From positions 23,755 to 87,754 of the forward strand of contig CAWBDF010000008.1 of the NCBI GenBank assembly GCA_963787485.1: 64,000 nucleotides of DNA, given 5' to 3'. Of the stretch, positions 38,701 through 48,037 are shown piece after piece. Within the stretch, counting starts at the first letter, position 1; each line of letters starts with the position of its first letter. Source of the DNA: an uncultured Acidimicrobiaceae bacterium. GTDB taxonomy: Bacteria > Actinomycetota > Acidimicrobiia > Acidimicrobiales > RAAP-2. The notes beneath the pieces were generated by a model, which searched no databases, was not told the DNA's origin, and saw only the letters and a program-made list of their open reading frames with translations. A program made the position numbers and the translations under genes.

Positions 38701-40809
38701 GTGAACCACCTGGCCGACGAGACCAGCCCCTATCTGCGCCAGCACGCCGACAACCCGGTCGAGTGGTTCCCGTGGGGCGAAGCTGCACTGCGGCGCGCCC
38801 GCGACGAGGACAAGCCGATCTTCCTCTCCATCGGTTATGCGTCGTGTCACTGGTGCCACGTGATGGCCCATGAGAGCTTCGAAGACCCTCAGACGGCTGC
38901 TGACCTCTCCACGTGGTTCGTCTCGGTCAAGGTCGACCGGGAAGAACGCCCCGACATCGACATCGTCTACATGACCGCCACCCAACTGCTGACGGGCTCG
39001 GGTGGGTGGCCCATGTCCGTGTTCTGCACTCCCGACGGCCGCCCGTACTTCGCCGGAACGTACTTCCCGCCGGTGGACCGTCACGGCATGCCTGCGTTCC
39101 GGCGGGTGGTGCGTGCCCTTGGCGAAGCCTGGGTCAACGAGCGCGAGCGAGTCGTCGCTCAGGCCGACGCCGTCGTCGACGCCGTTGCCAAGGAACTGCG
39201 CCTCGCCGAAACCCTGCACCGCGAGGACCAGAACGTCGACCGAGACCCGAGCGACCCACAGCCGTCGTTCGCGGCGATCACTCGAACGGGCCCCGACCGG
39301 AGCGAAACAGCGTCATGGGCCGGGCGTATCGTGTCCGGACTGGCCACAAGCTTCGATCCCGACTGGGGAGGATTCGGCCCGGCCCCGAAATTCCCCCGAC
39401 CCACTCTGATCGAGCTGTGTCTGCGGCACCCTGGCACGAGCACGAGCACGAGCACGAACAGCGGCACGGGTCCGGACGAAGGCGTCGATGTTGCGCACGC
39501 ACGGTACATGGCACGCCGGACCCTCGACGCCATGGCGGCCGGTGGCATCTACGACCACGTGGTGGGCGGTTTCTGCCGTTACGCCACCGATGCCCACTGG
39601 CTGGTGCCGCACTTCGAGAAGATGCTCACCGACCAGGCCCTGCTTGCTCGGACCTATCTCCACGCCTGGCAGGACACCGGCCATGCCGACTACCTCGCTG
39701 TGGCCACCGAGACCTTGGATTGGGTCCTGCGCGACCTCAGCACGCCCGAGGGCGCCCTGTATTCCTCCTTTGACGCAGATGCGGGCGGGATCGAGGGAGG
39801 ACACGCAACGTTCACGCTGGACGAGCTGCATGCGATCCTCCCCAGGAGCCTGGTCGGGCCGGCGGCCGAGTGGTACGGCGTGACTTCCGCAGGCAATTGG
39901 GAGGGGAGGACGATACCCGTGCGCCCGCTCGGCGCTCCCCTGGCTCGACCGCCTCAGATTGAAGAGGCCAGGGCACTGATGGCCGCGGCGCGCGCCCAGC
40001 GTGTCCAGCCGGCCCGTGACGACAAGGTGCTCACCGAATGGAACGCCATGACGGCGGCCACTCTCGCTGAGGCGGGATGGGCGACCGGCATGGACCACTA
40101 CGGACGCCGGGCCGAGGAGATCGGGGAGTTCCTGTGGTCCTCCATGTTCGCCGAGGACCGCCTCATGCGCAGTTGGCAAGGAGGTCGGGCCCGACACCTC
40201 GCCGTCGCCGCAGACTACGCATGGCTGGCCGAGGCATGCGTTCGCCTCTCGGAATGGTCCGGACGCGCCACCTGGAGGACACGCGCCCTCCAGGTGGTCG
40301 ACCAGCTCCAGACCCTGTTCTGGGACGACGACACGGGCGGGTTCTTCACCACCGGGCGCGACGCCGAGACTCTGGTGGTCCGCCCCAAGGAATTCACCGA
40401 CGGCGCCGTCCCGTCCGCCAACTCGGTCGCCGTCTCGGCCCTCTCCCGCGCCGATGCCTTCGTCGACGACCACCGCATCGGCGACGCGGTGGAACGCACC
40501 ATCGCCCTGGCTCGTCCGCTCCTCCAGCGCCACCCGGCCGCTCTGGCCGATCTGGTGGTCGCGCTCGGGCTCTGGACCGACCGCGTCGAGGTCGTCGTCA
40601 CCGGAGAGCGGCCCGACCTTCTCGCCGAGGTGCGACGGCGCTGGCTTCCGAACGCGGTGGTCACCTGGGGCGACCCGGACGGCGGCCCACTCTTTGCCGG
40701 ACGTGTCGACGGCGAAGCCCGCGGCTACATCTGCCGATCCCGGATCTGTGACCTTCCCGCGCACGACGTCGCGACCTTCTCCCGTCAGTTGGACTCGGTT
40801 CGGTCGTGA
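38701..40809 (+). CDS. thioredoxin-domain protein, DUF255 / YyaL (SSP411)-like with C-terminal six-hairpin glycosidase-like domain
   Basis: From GTG 38701: [82 protein letters not shown]. Confidence 0.88.
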   Translation: MNHLADETSPYLRQHADNPVEWFPWGEAALRRARDEDKPIFLSIGYASCHWCHVMAHESFEDPQTAADLSTWFVSVKVDREERPDIDIVYMTATQLLTGSGGWPMSVFCTPDGRPYFAGTYFPPVDRHGMPAFRRVVRALGEAWVNERERVVAQADAVVDAVAKELRLAETLHREDQNVDRDPSDPQPSFAAITRTGPDRSETASWAGRIVSGLATSFDPDWGGFGPAPKFPRPTLIELCLRHPGTSTSTSTNSGTGPDEGVDVAHARYMARRTLDAMAAGGIYDHVVGGFCRYATDAHWLVPHFEKMLTDQALLARTYLHAWQDTGHADYLAVATETLDWVLRDLSTPEGALYSSFDADAGGIEGGHATFTLDELHAILPRSLVGPAAEWYGVTSAGNWEGRTIPVRPLGAPLARPPQIEEARALMAAARAQRVQPARDDKVLTEWNAMTAATLAEAGWATGMDHYGRRAEEIGEFLWSSMFAEDRLMRSWQGGRARHLAVAADYAWLAEACVRLSEWSGRATWRTRALQVVDQLQTLFWDDDTGGFFTTGRDAETLVVRPKEFTDGAVPSANSVAVSALSRADAFVDDHRIGDAVERTIALARPLLQRHPAALADLVVALGLWTDRVEVVVTGERPDLLAEVRRRWLPNAVVTWGDPDGGPLFAGRVDGEARGYICRSRICDLPAHDVATFSRQLDSVRS
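39434..39457 (+). repeat. perfect tandem hexanucleotide repeat (GCACGA)x4 inside the YyaL-like CDS
   Basis: Read directly: ctg GCACGA GCACGA GCACGA GCACGA acagc. It encodes the [10 protein letters not shown] linker. Confidence 0.9.
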
Positions 40810-41639
40810 TCGACGACGCCCCCCCGCCAGGCACGGTCGACGTTGAGACCGCCACGGGAGGCACGCCGGCACCGGTCTCACGACGGGCTCGCCGACGAGG
40901 CGCCAAGACGGCCTCCACCGACCGAACCGGCGGGACGGACACCCCCACCGACCCGGCACGTCTCCTCCGTCGCTCAGCTCGCCGCAACGAACGTGTCCCC
41001 ACCTCGGGCGGATCGACGCTGCACCTTCTGGTCCTGTCCTCCACCGTCGAGGACACCACGGTCGTCGACCTGGCCACCCGCACCGTCATGCGCGTCCGGG
41101 TCCCGTGGCCTGAGGGGCACGACCCCGACATCTCCACCTTCGACGTCGTCGAGGTGACCTTGGCCGAGGACCCCGAGCGGGATGACCTGGCCCAACCCGA
41201 GGCCCTCACGGTGGCGGACCTACCCCGCCATGTCGGAACACTGCGTGGCCGCCAACTGCGCAAGCTCCTGCGACGGCTCGTGGCTGCCCCTGACGGACCG
41301 CTCCTCGGCTTCCCCGGCGCCTCGGCCCCCTACTGGGAATTCCGCGGGTTCCGCCCCTCTGTGGCGCTGATCGAGCCGACCCGCCGCCCTCAGCTCATCC
41401 GGCGCCGGGAGGACGGGTCCACCTGGGTCCGCTTCGGCTGGGACCGCGACGACGTGTGGCTGCCGGTCGAGGATCGCAACGCCGCCCGCGCTCTCGACGC
41501 AGCACGACGCGAGCGCCTCAGTGGGAAGAGCCTGGCGACGGCCCTTGGATTCGAGCCCCAGTACCTCTTGGTGACTGTGAGCCCGCCCCGTGACGGGCAC
41601 TGCTACAAGGTGTGCGCCGCCGTCCTCCCCCGAGGCTGA
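40806..41639 (+). CDS. hypothetical protein (277 aa): Arg-rich disordered N-terminus plus a roughly 200-aa globular domain
   Basis: The GTG start overlaps the YyaL-like stop (GTGA), suggesting translational coupling. ..[101 protein letters not shown]. Family not recognised. Confidence 0.55.
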   Translation: MIDDAPPPGTVDVETATGGTPAPVSRRARRRGAKTASTDRTGGTDTPTDPARLLRRSARRNERVPTSGGSTLHLLVLSSTVEDTTVVDLATRTVMRVRVPWPEGHDPDISTFDVVEVTLAEDPERDDLAQPEALTVADLPRHVGTLRGRQLRKLLRRLVAAPDGPLLGFPGASAPYWEFRGFRPSVALIEPTRRPQLIRRREDGSTWVRFGWDRDDVWLPVEDRNAARALDAARRERLSGKSLATALGFEPQYLLVTVSPPRDGHCYKVCAAVLPRG

Positions 41640-41645
41640 GGAGCG

Positions 41646-42317
41646 TCAGCGGCCGAGCTTGCCGGCGGCCAGGTCTTCGGCCATGGCCCATCCGAAGGCG
41701 ACCAGCCGATCCCCCTTGTGGGCATTGCAGCCCTCGAAGTGCGTCTCGACGCCTTGGGGGAGCTTGACCTTCGGAGCGAAGAAGTCGAGCCCGCCCACCA
41801 CCGATCCGTCTCCTTTCAGCACGAAGGTCCGGTCGTCCAACCGGCTGTCGCAGCCGAACCGCTTGGAGAGACGCCGGGCCCACGCACGCTCCTCACCGGA
41901 CGACTTGTGGCCGGGAAATGGGACGACGTCCTGCAGGCCGTTGAAGGCCCGGAAGCCTTCTGGCGAGAGCAGGCGGGTGCCGAGCAGCACGTCCTCGTCG
42001 GGGAAGGCGAGCAGGGCGCGGCGGTACTGATCGGCCAGAATGCCCTTGAGCGCCGACTCGGCCCGCGACGTTCGGTCCACCAGGGCCAGCCCGACCAGGA
42101 GGGAGGGTGTCCCTCCGATGCGCTCCAGCGTGCAGAACGAATAGCCTCGAAGCTTGTTCCCCTCCCGAGCCTGGGTAATGAGCACCCAGGCCTCACGTTC
42201 CTTGGAGAGGAAACCGATGTCGAACCCCGGTGGGCGATCCGCACAAAGATCCGCCATCTCGACGAGCTCAGCATCGCTGAGCGCAGTGCAATCCTTGGTG
42301 CTCACTACGATCGGCAT
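41646..42317 (-). CDS. hypothetical protein (223 aa), possibly acyltransferase-like fold
   Basis: ATG start with a leaderless-type -10 upstream. MPIVVSTKDCTALSDAELVEMADLCA..WVLITQAREGNKLRGYSFCTLERIGGTPSLLVGLALVD..EERAWARRLSKRFG. Family not recognised. Confidence 0.6.
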   Translation of the reverse strand: MPIVVSTKDCTALSDAELVEMADLCADRPPGFDIGFLSKEREAWVLITQAREGNKLRGYSFCTLERIGGTPSLLVGLALVDRTSRAESALKGILADQYRRALLAFPDEDVLLGTRLLSPEGFRAFNGLQDVVPFPGHKSSGEERAWARRLSKRFGCDSRLDDRTFVLKGDGSVVGGLDFFAPKVKLPQGVETHFEGCNAHKGDRLVAFGWAMAEDLAAGKLGR

Positions 42318-42323
42318 GCATTG

Positions 42324-42354
42324 AGTCTACTGGTTTCGCTCGAAGCGCACCCAA
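42324..42354 (-). promoter_or_regulatory. candidate promoter TTGGGT-N19-TAGACT-N6-ATG for the 223-aa gene (leaderless-type)
   Basis: Minus strand reads ggTTGGGTgcgcttcgagcgaaaccagTAGACTcaatgcATG. Confidence 0.4.
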
Positions 42355-42387
42355 CCGGGCTGCCTCGAGTTTCCCGTCTGCCCAGCT

Positions 42388-42409
42388 CAAAGCGGTGTTT
42401 TCACCCGCG
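42388..42409 (-). terminator. candidate intrinsic terminator immediately after dnaE
   Basis: Minus-strand RNA after the stop: UGA-UGC-GCGGGUG-AAAA-CACCGC-UUUGAG. This is a 6-bp GC stem (1-nt bulge), a tetraloop and a short U-run. Confidence 0.45.
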
Positions 42410-42411
42410 CA

Positions 42412-45400
42412 TCAGCTGAGCACCGCGCTCTGACCGAGCAGCCGTTTGAGCTCACCCACCAGCCCGTTGCGACAGTCGACGTTGAACTCCGGAGGGAGGC
42501 GGAGGACCTTGGCCCCGACGTGAAGCAAGACGGGAGAGGGCCCAGGGTGTCCGCTCAGGACCTCCTTGAGCCCGTCGACCTTGGTGTCGGAGAGCACCCC
42601 GAGCGGAAGAGCGATGTGCAGGTCCTCCTGGCCGCGCTCGAGCCGGGGACGCGAGAGCTCCATACAGACGATCTTCGGCTCCTCCTCACGGGTGTCGAGC
42701 CGGCCCTTGACCACGACGATGACGTCGTTCTCGATGAGCGCGCCGTACTCCGCCATCGTCTTGGGGAAGACGAAGACCTCCATGGCGGCCTGCAGGTCTT
42801 CGAGCACGAAGCGGGCCATGAGGTCGCCTTTCTTCGTGTATGAGCGCCGAAGATCGGTGACCACGCCCCCGACCGTCCGCACCGGTGAGCGGTCGCCGCC
42901 CGAGGACGGGTCGTCCTCCCGCATCTCCGAGAGGGTCGAATCCGCGTGGCGGGCCAGCGCCGCCTCGAAGCCCATGAGGGGATGGTCGCTCACGTAGAGG
43001 CCGAGCATCTCCTTCTCGAAGGCCAGGCGCGGCGACTTGTCGAATTCCGCGTCGGGGATGGCCACCTTGACCCCTCCCCAGGCCGGGTCGGCCTGCTCTT
43101 CCTCGAGGGCGGCGAAGAGGGTGGTGATCCCCAGGTCCTGCTCGCGCCGGTGCTCGAGGGTCCGGTCGACGATGGACTCGAGCACCAGGCACAGGCCCTG
43201 GCGCGGATGGCCGAGTGAGTCGAAGGCACCCGCCTTGACCAATGACTCCATGGTGCGCTTGTTCAAGACGACCGGGTCGACGCGAGCGCAGAAGTCGAAG
43301 ATGTCGACGAAGGGGCCCTTGGCGTCGCGCTCGGCCACGATGCGCTCGACCAGGCTCTCACCCACGTTGCGCACCGCGGCGAGCCCGAACACGATGGCCC
43401 GCCGTGCGCCGTCGCCCTCGCTCGCCGCCGGCGCGAACTCGGCCACCGACCGGTTCACGTCGGGCACCAGCACGTCGATCCCCATGGTGCGGCACTCTCC
43501 GAGATACACCGCCGTCTTGTCCTTGTTGTCCTTGACGGAGGTCAAGAGCGCCGACATGTACTCAACCGGGTGGTGCGCCTTCAACCATGCCGTCTGGTAA
43601 GCGACCAAGCCGTACCCGTAGGAGTGCGACTTGTTGAAGGCGTAGTCGGCGAAGGGCTCGATGATGTCGAAGAGCTGCGTGCCCAGCTCCGCTCCGTACC
43701 CCTGGTCGACACACCCGGCCACGAACTTCTCACGCTCAGCGGCGATCATGACGCGGATCTTCTTGCCGCACGCCTTGCGGAGGTTGTCGGCCTCCTCGAG
43801 CGAATAGCCGGCGAACTTCTGCGCCACCCGCATCACCGATTCCTGGTAGAGCATGAGCCCGTACGTGTCCTTCAGGATCGGCTCAATGTCCGCGTGCAGG
43901 TAGGTGAGTGCTTTGCGGCCATTCTTGAGCTCGGGGTAGTCGCGATGCATGTTCGCCGCCATCGGGCCGGGCCGGTAGAGGGCGACCAGCGCGGCCACGT
44001 CGTCGAAGCTGGTCGGGGCCAGGGCACGCAGTGTCTGGCGCATGGCAGCGCCCTCCAGTTGGAACACGCCCACCGATTCGGCCCGACGCAACATCTCGAG
44101 GGTCGGCTGGTCCGCCAGGTCGACGTTGTCGATGTCGGGCCGCTCGCCCGAGGCGGCCTCAATGAGATCGAGCGCCCGCTCGATCACCGAGAGGTTGCGC
44201 AGGCCGAGGAAGTCCATCTTCAACAGTCCGAGCTCCTCGACCCCGTGCATCTCGTACTGAGTGACGATGGGGGCGTCCTCGGGGTCGCCACCGGCATCGG
44301 GCTTGCGCTGGATCGGCAGGTACTCGGTCAGCGGGTCCCGGGAGATGACCACCGCCGCGGCGTGGATCCCGTCCTGGCGCCGCAGGCCCTCGAGGCCCAT
44401 GGCCACGTCAATGACCTCCTTCGCCTCAGGGTCCGTCTCGTGCATCGAGCGCAGCTCGCCCGCCGAGGCGTACCCGTCTTCCTGGCCCTCGGTCTTGGTC
44501 AGACACGCCCGCAACGGGGTGTCACGACCCATGATCAGCGGGGGCATGGCCTTGGCGATGCGGTCGCCGACGGCGTAGGGCTTGCCCAGCACCCGGGCGG
44601 CGTCGCGGACGGCCGCCCGGGCCTTGATGGTCGAGAAGGTGATGATCTGGGCCACCCGGTCGCTGCCGTACTTCTCGGCGGCATAGCGCATCACGTCGGC
44701 CCGGTAGCGCTCGTCGAAGTCCATGTCGATGTCGGGCATCTGCGTGCGGCCCGGGTTCAAGAAGCGCTCGAAGAGGAGGTCGTAGCGGATGGGGTCGAGG
44801 TCCACGATGCGCAGGCAGTAGGCCACGCAGCAGCCGGCGGCCGAACCCCGGCCCGGGCCGACCCGGATGCCCGAGTGGCGGGCGAAGCGGATGAGGTCCC
44901 ACACGACGAGGAAGTAGGCGGGGAAGCCCATGTCGCCGATGACCCCGAGCTCGAAGTCGAGGCGCTGCACCACCTCGGTCGGCACCGGGTCGCCGTAACG
45001 CTCCTTGGCCCCCTCGTAGGCCAGATGGCGGAGATACGCCTGCGCCCGCTCCTCGTAGGTCACGCCGCCGAAGCGGTCCGGCACGGGGAACTCGGGCAGG
45101 CTGGGCTTGCCGAGCTCAATCTGTACGTCGGCCCGCTCGGCGATCAGCAGGGTGTTGTCGCACGCTCCGGGCACGTCGCGAAAGAGGTGACGCATCTCAG
45201 TTGCCGTCTTGAGGTAGTGCTCGGTCCCCTCGAACTTGAATCGGTTGGCGTCGCTGAGCAACGCGCCGGTCTGCACGCACAGGAGAGCGTCGTGCGACAC
45301 GGCGTCCTCTCGGTGGGTGTAGTGGCTGTCGTTGGTGGCGAGCAGCGGCGCACCGATGCGCTTGGCGATGCTGATCAGCTGCGGGTTGGTCCGGTGCTGG

Positions 45401-45990
45401 TCGGCGAGCCCGTGGTCCTGGATCTCGACGAACAGGTTGTCGCGTCCGAAAATGTCTTGCAGCCGGGCGGCGCGCTTCTCGGCCTCCACCTCGTTCCCGG
45501 CCAACAACGCCTGCAGCACGACACCGCCCAGGCACCCGGTGGTGGCGATGAGGCCATGGTGATACCGCTCGAGCAGCTCCCAGTCCACCCGCGGCTTGTA
45601 GTAGTAACCCTCCAAGTAGGCCGCCGAGGACAGCTTCATCAGGTTGCGGTAGCCCTCGACGTTCTCGGCCAACAAGGTGAGGTGGTAGTAGAGCTTCTGC
45701 CCGCCCTCGGCGTCACCGCCAGTGTCGTCGACCCGCCCTCGGCGCACCGGACGCTCGTAGCGTGACTCACCTGCCATGTAGGACTCGGTGCCGATGATCG
45801 GCACGATGCCCTCGGCCCGACAGGCCTTGTAGAAGTCGAGGACTCCGTACATGTTCCCGTGGTCCGTGATGCCCAGCGCCGGTTGACCGTCGGCCACCGC
45901 GGCGGCGACCAGATCGCCCACGCGCGCCGCGCCGTCGAGCATGGAGAACTCGGTGTGGGTGTGCAGATGCGTAAATGACCGCTCCGACAC
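42412..45990 (-). CDS. dnaE: DNA polymerase III subunit alpha
   Basis: 1192-aa uninterrupted ORF with an N-terminal PHP domain (FTHLHTHTEFSMLDGA..ITDHGNMYG), ..GPGRGSAAG..DIDMDF.. and an OB fold. GTG start with AAGGAGG 4 nt upstream. Confidence 0.98.
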   Translation of the reverse strand: MSERSFTHLHTHTEFSMLDGAARVGDLVAAAVADGQPALGITDHGNMYGVLDFYKACRAEGIVPIIGTESYMAGESRYERPVRRGRVDDTGGDAEGGQKLYYHLTLLAENVEGYRNLMKLSSAAYLEGYYYKPRVDWELLERYHHGLIATTGCLGGVVLQALLAGNEVEAEKRAARLQDIFGRDNLFVEIQDHGLADQHRTNPQLISIAKRIGAPLLATNDSHYTHREDAVSHDALLCVQTGALLSDANRFKFEGTEHYLKTATEMRHLFRDVPGACDNTLLIAERADVQIELGKPSLPEFPVPDRFGGVTYEERAQAYLRHLAYEGAKERYGDPVPTEVVQRLDFELGVIGDMGFPAYFLVVWDLIRFARHSGIRVGPGRGSAAGCCVAYCLRIVDLDPIRYDLLFERFLNPGRTQMPDIDMDFDERYRADVMRYAAEKYGSDRVAQIITFSTIKARAAVRDAARVLGKPYAVGDRIAKAMPPLIMGRDTPLRACLTKTEGQEDGYASAGELRSMHETDPEAKEVIDVAMGLEGLRRQDGIHAAAVVISRDPLTEYLPIQRKPDAGGDPEDAPIVTQYEMHGVEELGLLKMDFLGLRNLSVIERALDLIEAASGERPDIDNVDLADQPTLEMLRRAESVGVFQLEGAAMRQTLRALAPTSFDDVAALVALYRPGPMAANMHRDYPELKNGRKALTYLHADIEPILKDTYGLMLYQESVMRVAQKFAGYSLEEADNLRKACGKKIRVMIAAEREKFVAGCVDQGYGAELGTQLFDIIEPFADYAFNKSHSYGYGLVAYQTAWLKAHHPVEYMSALLTSVKDNKDKTAVYLGECRTMGIDVLVPDVNRSVAEFAPAASEGDGARRAIVFGLAAVRNVGESLVERIVAERDAKGPFVDIFDFCARVDPVVLNKRTMESLVKAGAFDSLGHPRQGLCLVLESIVDRTLEHRREQDLGITTLFAALEEEQADPAWGGVKVAIPDAEFDKSPRLAFEKEMLGLYVSDHPLMGFEAALARHADSTLSEMREDDPSSGGDRSPVRTVGGVVTDLRRSYTKKGDLMARFVLEDLQAAMEVFVFPKTMAEYGALIENDVIVVVKGRLDTREEEPKIVCMELSRPRLERGQEDLHIALPLGVLSDTKVDGLKEVLSGHPGPSPVLLHVGAKVLRLPPEFNVDCRNGLVGELKRLLGQSAVLS

Positions 45991-46082
45991 CGGCCCTCCT
46001 TTCGCCCCCCGTCAAACTTACACGGATGTCATTCCCTGGAGCCTCGAAATGTAGCCCGCCCGGCGACGTGCCGAATCGGGAA

Positions 46083-46103
46083 GGCGGACGGACCGTGTCC
46101 GCC
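46083..46103 (-). terminator. candidate hairpin downstream of bpa
   Basis: ggcggac-ggaccgt-gtccgcc forms a 7-bp stem about 50 nt after the bpa stop. No U-tract. Confidence 0.25.
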
Positions 46104-46154
46104 GGACATCTCGACCGGCCCCGCTCCGCCGCACGCCAGTCAGGAACCTTCCGC

Positions 46155-46679
46155 TCAGAGGTACGCCCCCGTCCGGCCAGACTCCCCCGCTTGGGGCAGG
46201 CTGCGCTGGCGCATCTCCTCGAGCTGGGCCCGGGCCGCCATCTGCTGGGACATCAGCGTGGCCTGGATCCCGTGGAACAGCCCCTCGAGCCATCCCACCA
46301 GCTGAGCCTGGGCGATGCGCAACTCGGATTCGCTCGGCGCTTCGGCGCCGAAAGGGGGGGCCATGCGTTCCAACTCGGCCACCAGGTCGGGCGAGAGTCC
46401 TTCGGAGAGGTCCCGGATCGATTGCTCGTAGATCTCCCGCAGGCGCACCCGGCCCCGCTCGTCCAGCGGCGCCGCCCGGACCTCGTCCAACAGGGTCTTG
46501 ACCATGGAGCCGATGCGCAGCACCTTCGCCGGCTCTCGCACCGACTCGGTCGACCGCTCCTCTTCCCCCGGCCCGCTCCCGTCTCGCGCCGGGCCCTCCA
46601 GGACCTCGTCGGGGGAGATCGCCCCGCCCGCCCCGGGGAGCAGCTCTGCTCGGTCAGTCACGTCCTCGGTGTCGCTCAT
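46155..46679 (-). CDS. bpa: bacterial proteasome activator Bpa/PafE (DUF2587)
   Basis: From ATG 46677-46679 (174 aa): ..EPAKVLRIGSMVKTLLDEVRAAPLDE..ELRIAQAQLVGWLEGLFHGIQATL..QQMAARAQL... Near-identical core to M. tuberculosis Rv3780 as I recall it. The C-terminus is GAYL (Mtb: GQYL). Confidence 0.88.
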   Translation of the reverse strand: MSDTEDVTDRAELLPGAGGAISPDEVLEGPARDGSGPGEEERSTESVREPAKVLRIGSMVKTLLDEVRAAPLDERGRVRLREIYEQSIRDLSEGLSPDLVAELERMAPPFGAEAPSESELRIAQAQLVGWLEGLFHGIQATLMSQQMAARAQLEEMRQRSLPQAGESGRTGAYL

Positions 46680-46808
46680 GGTGCCTTCCGTTCGAACCTC
46701 CGGCGCCGCCGGCAGCGGCGCACCCGCGCCTCGGCCCCGATCTTGCCACCACCGGGTCCTCACCCGCGCGCCCGCCATCCGCGGCACCTGGCTCAGCGAA
46801 CACCGGCC

Positions 46809-47952
46809 TCACCCGGCGCGCCAGGCCAGGAGCGGGACGAGCATCTCGGCTCGGGTGAGCGAGCCGTGCCGGGCCTTCAGTCGGAGTTCCCCGGTGTCGG
46901 CCGGGTCGAGGAACGCCATGGGCAGCGTAGGGGACGAGGACCACGTCCCCAAGACGGGCCGCCACCGCCGCCGAGGGGACCCCACCCAGCCAACCCTCCT
47001 CGATCAACTGCTCCTTGGACAGCACCCAGGCCACGTCCTCGTACCGCGCCCTCGCCGTCTCAGCCACCGCGTTCGTCGCTCCCGGGCGGACGTGGAGCCA
47101 CCGGAACCTGCCCTCCCCGCTCAGGAGCGTGACCGCATCCATCAGCTCGGGACCGAGCACCTCGACGGAACCGCCGACGTCGACCTGTCCGTGGTCGGCG
47201 GTGACCACCAGCACTGTGTCCTGGGGCAGCACGTCGAGCACGTCGCCCACCAGGCGGTCTACCGCCCGTAGCTCGTCGTCGTAGTGGGCGCCGAGGCCCT
47301 CCGCGTGGGCCACCCTGTCGACGCCCTCGTAGTAGGCGTACACGAACGGGGTCCCCGCCGCCGCCAGCTCCCGCACGGCCGTCACCAACCCGGCGGCCGT
47401 CTGCCACCGATGAAGGGCGGCGGCGCCGAGATGGGCCGCGGTGAATCCCGTGGGACCATAGTCGTAGCGAGTGACCACCGGCACCGGCGCGGGGATGCCG
47501 GGAAAAGGTGGACAAGGCTGGAACGTGCGGGCCGGGACCTCGACCCGTACGTCGACGCCCCGCCGGGACCACTGCAGGACGTTCATCACCTCGCCGTCCA
47601 GCGCGACTCGGTAGCCCACCACGCCGTGATCTGCCGGCGCCCGCCCGGTCGCCAGGCTCGTGAGGGCGCACGCGGTCGTGCTGGGCACGACCGTCGTGAT
47701 CGTGCCTCCAGCCCCCCCGCCGAGCACCGGCGCCAGGGCGCAACGCTCCCGAAGTTGTTCGGCTCCCAAGCCGTCGAGCACCAGGAGGACGACCTGGCGA
47801 GCCCCGACCACCTCGTCGGGGAACCAGGACGGCAAGGGCGCCCGGCCGGGGTCCCGCAGTTGAGCCGCCAGCGTGGGCACGACGTGGTGCAGGCAGGCCC
47901 CATCCCAGTCAGGCAGGAGCGGCGCCACCCTGCCCCGTCGGTCCTCGCTCAC
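46809..47952 (-). CDS. alkaline phosphatase / nucleotide pyrophosphatase (PF01663-like) family protein, frame interrupted by an apparent 1-nt insertion near 46918-46926
   Basis: Frame of ORF 46654-48039 (..VVLLVLDGLGAEQL..VPSTTACALTSLATG..HGVVGY..VTADHGQVD..VVLVPYAA) continues in another frame as MAFLDPADTGELRLKARHGSLTRAEMLVPLLAWRAG, ending at TGA 46811-46809. Start uncertain: GTG 47952 has GAAGGG upstream; GTG 47973 and ATG 48039 are alternatives. Confidence 0.72.
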
Positions 47953-48023
47953 GGCCCGCCCTTCGTCGGTCACGGAGGGACACCCTAGGACCAGCGCACC
48001 CCCGCTCAGGACCCGGCGACCGG

Positions 48024-48029
48024 TAGCAT
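48024..48029 (+). promoter_or_regulatory. candidate -10 hexamer TAGCAT, 8 nt upstream of the rrf2 ATG (leaderless-type)
   Basis: Plus strand reads cggTAGCATccctgttcATG. No Shine-Dalgarno is present. Confidence 0.35.
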
Positions 48030-48037
48030 CCCTGTTC

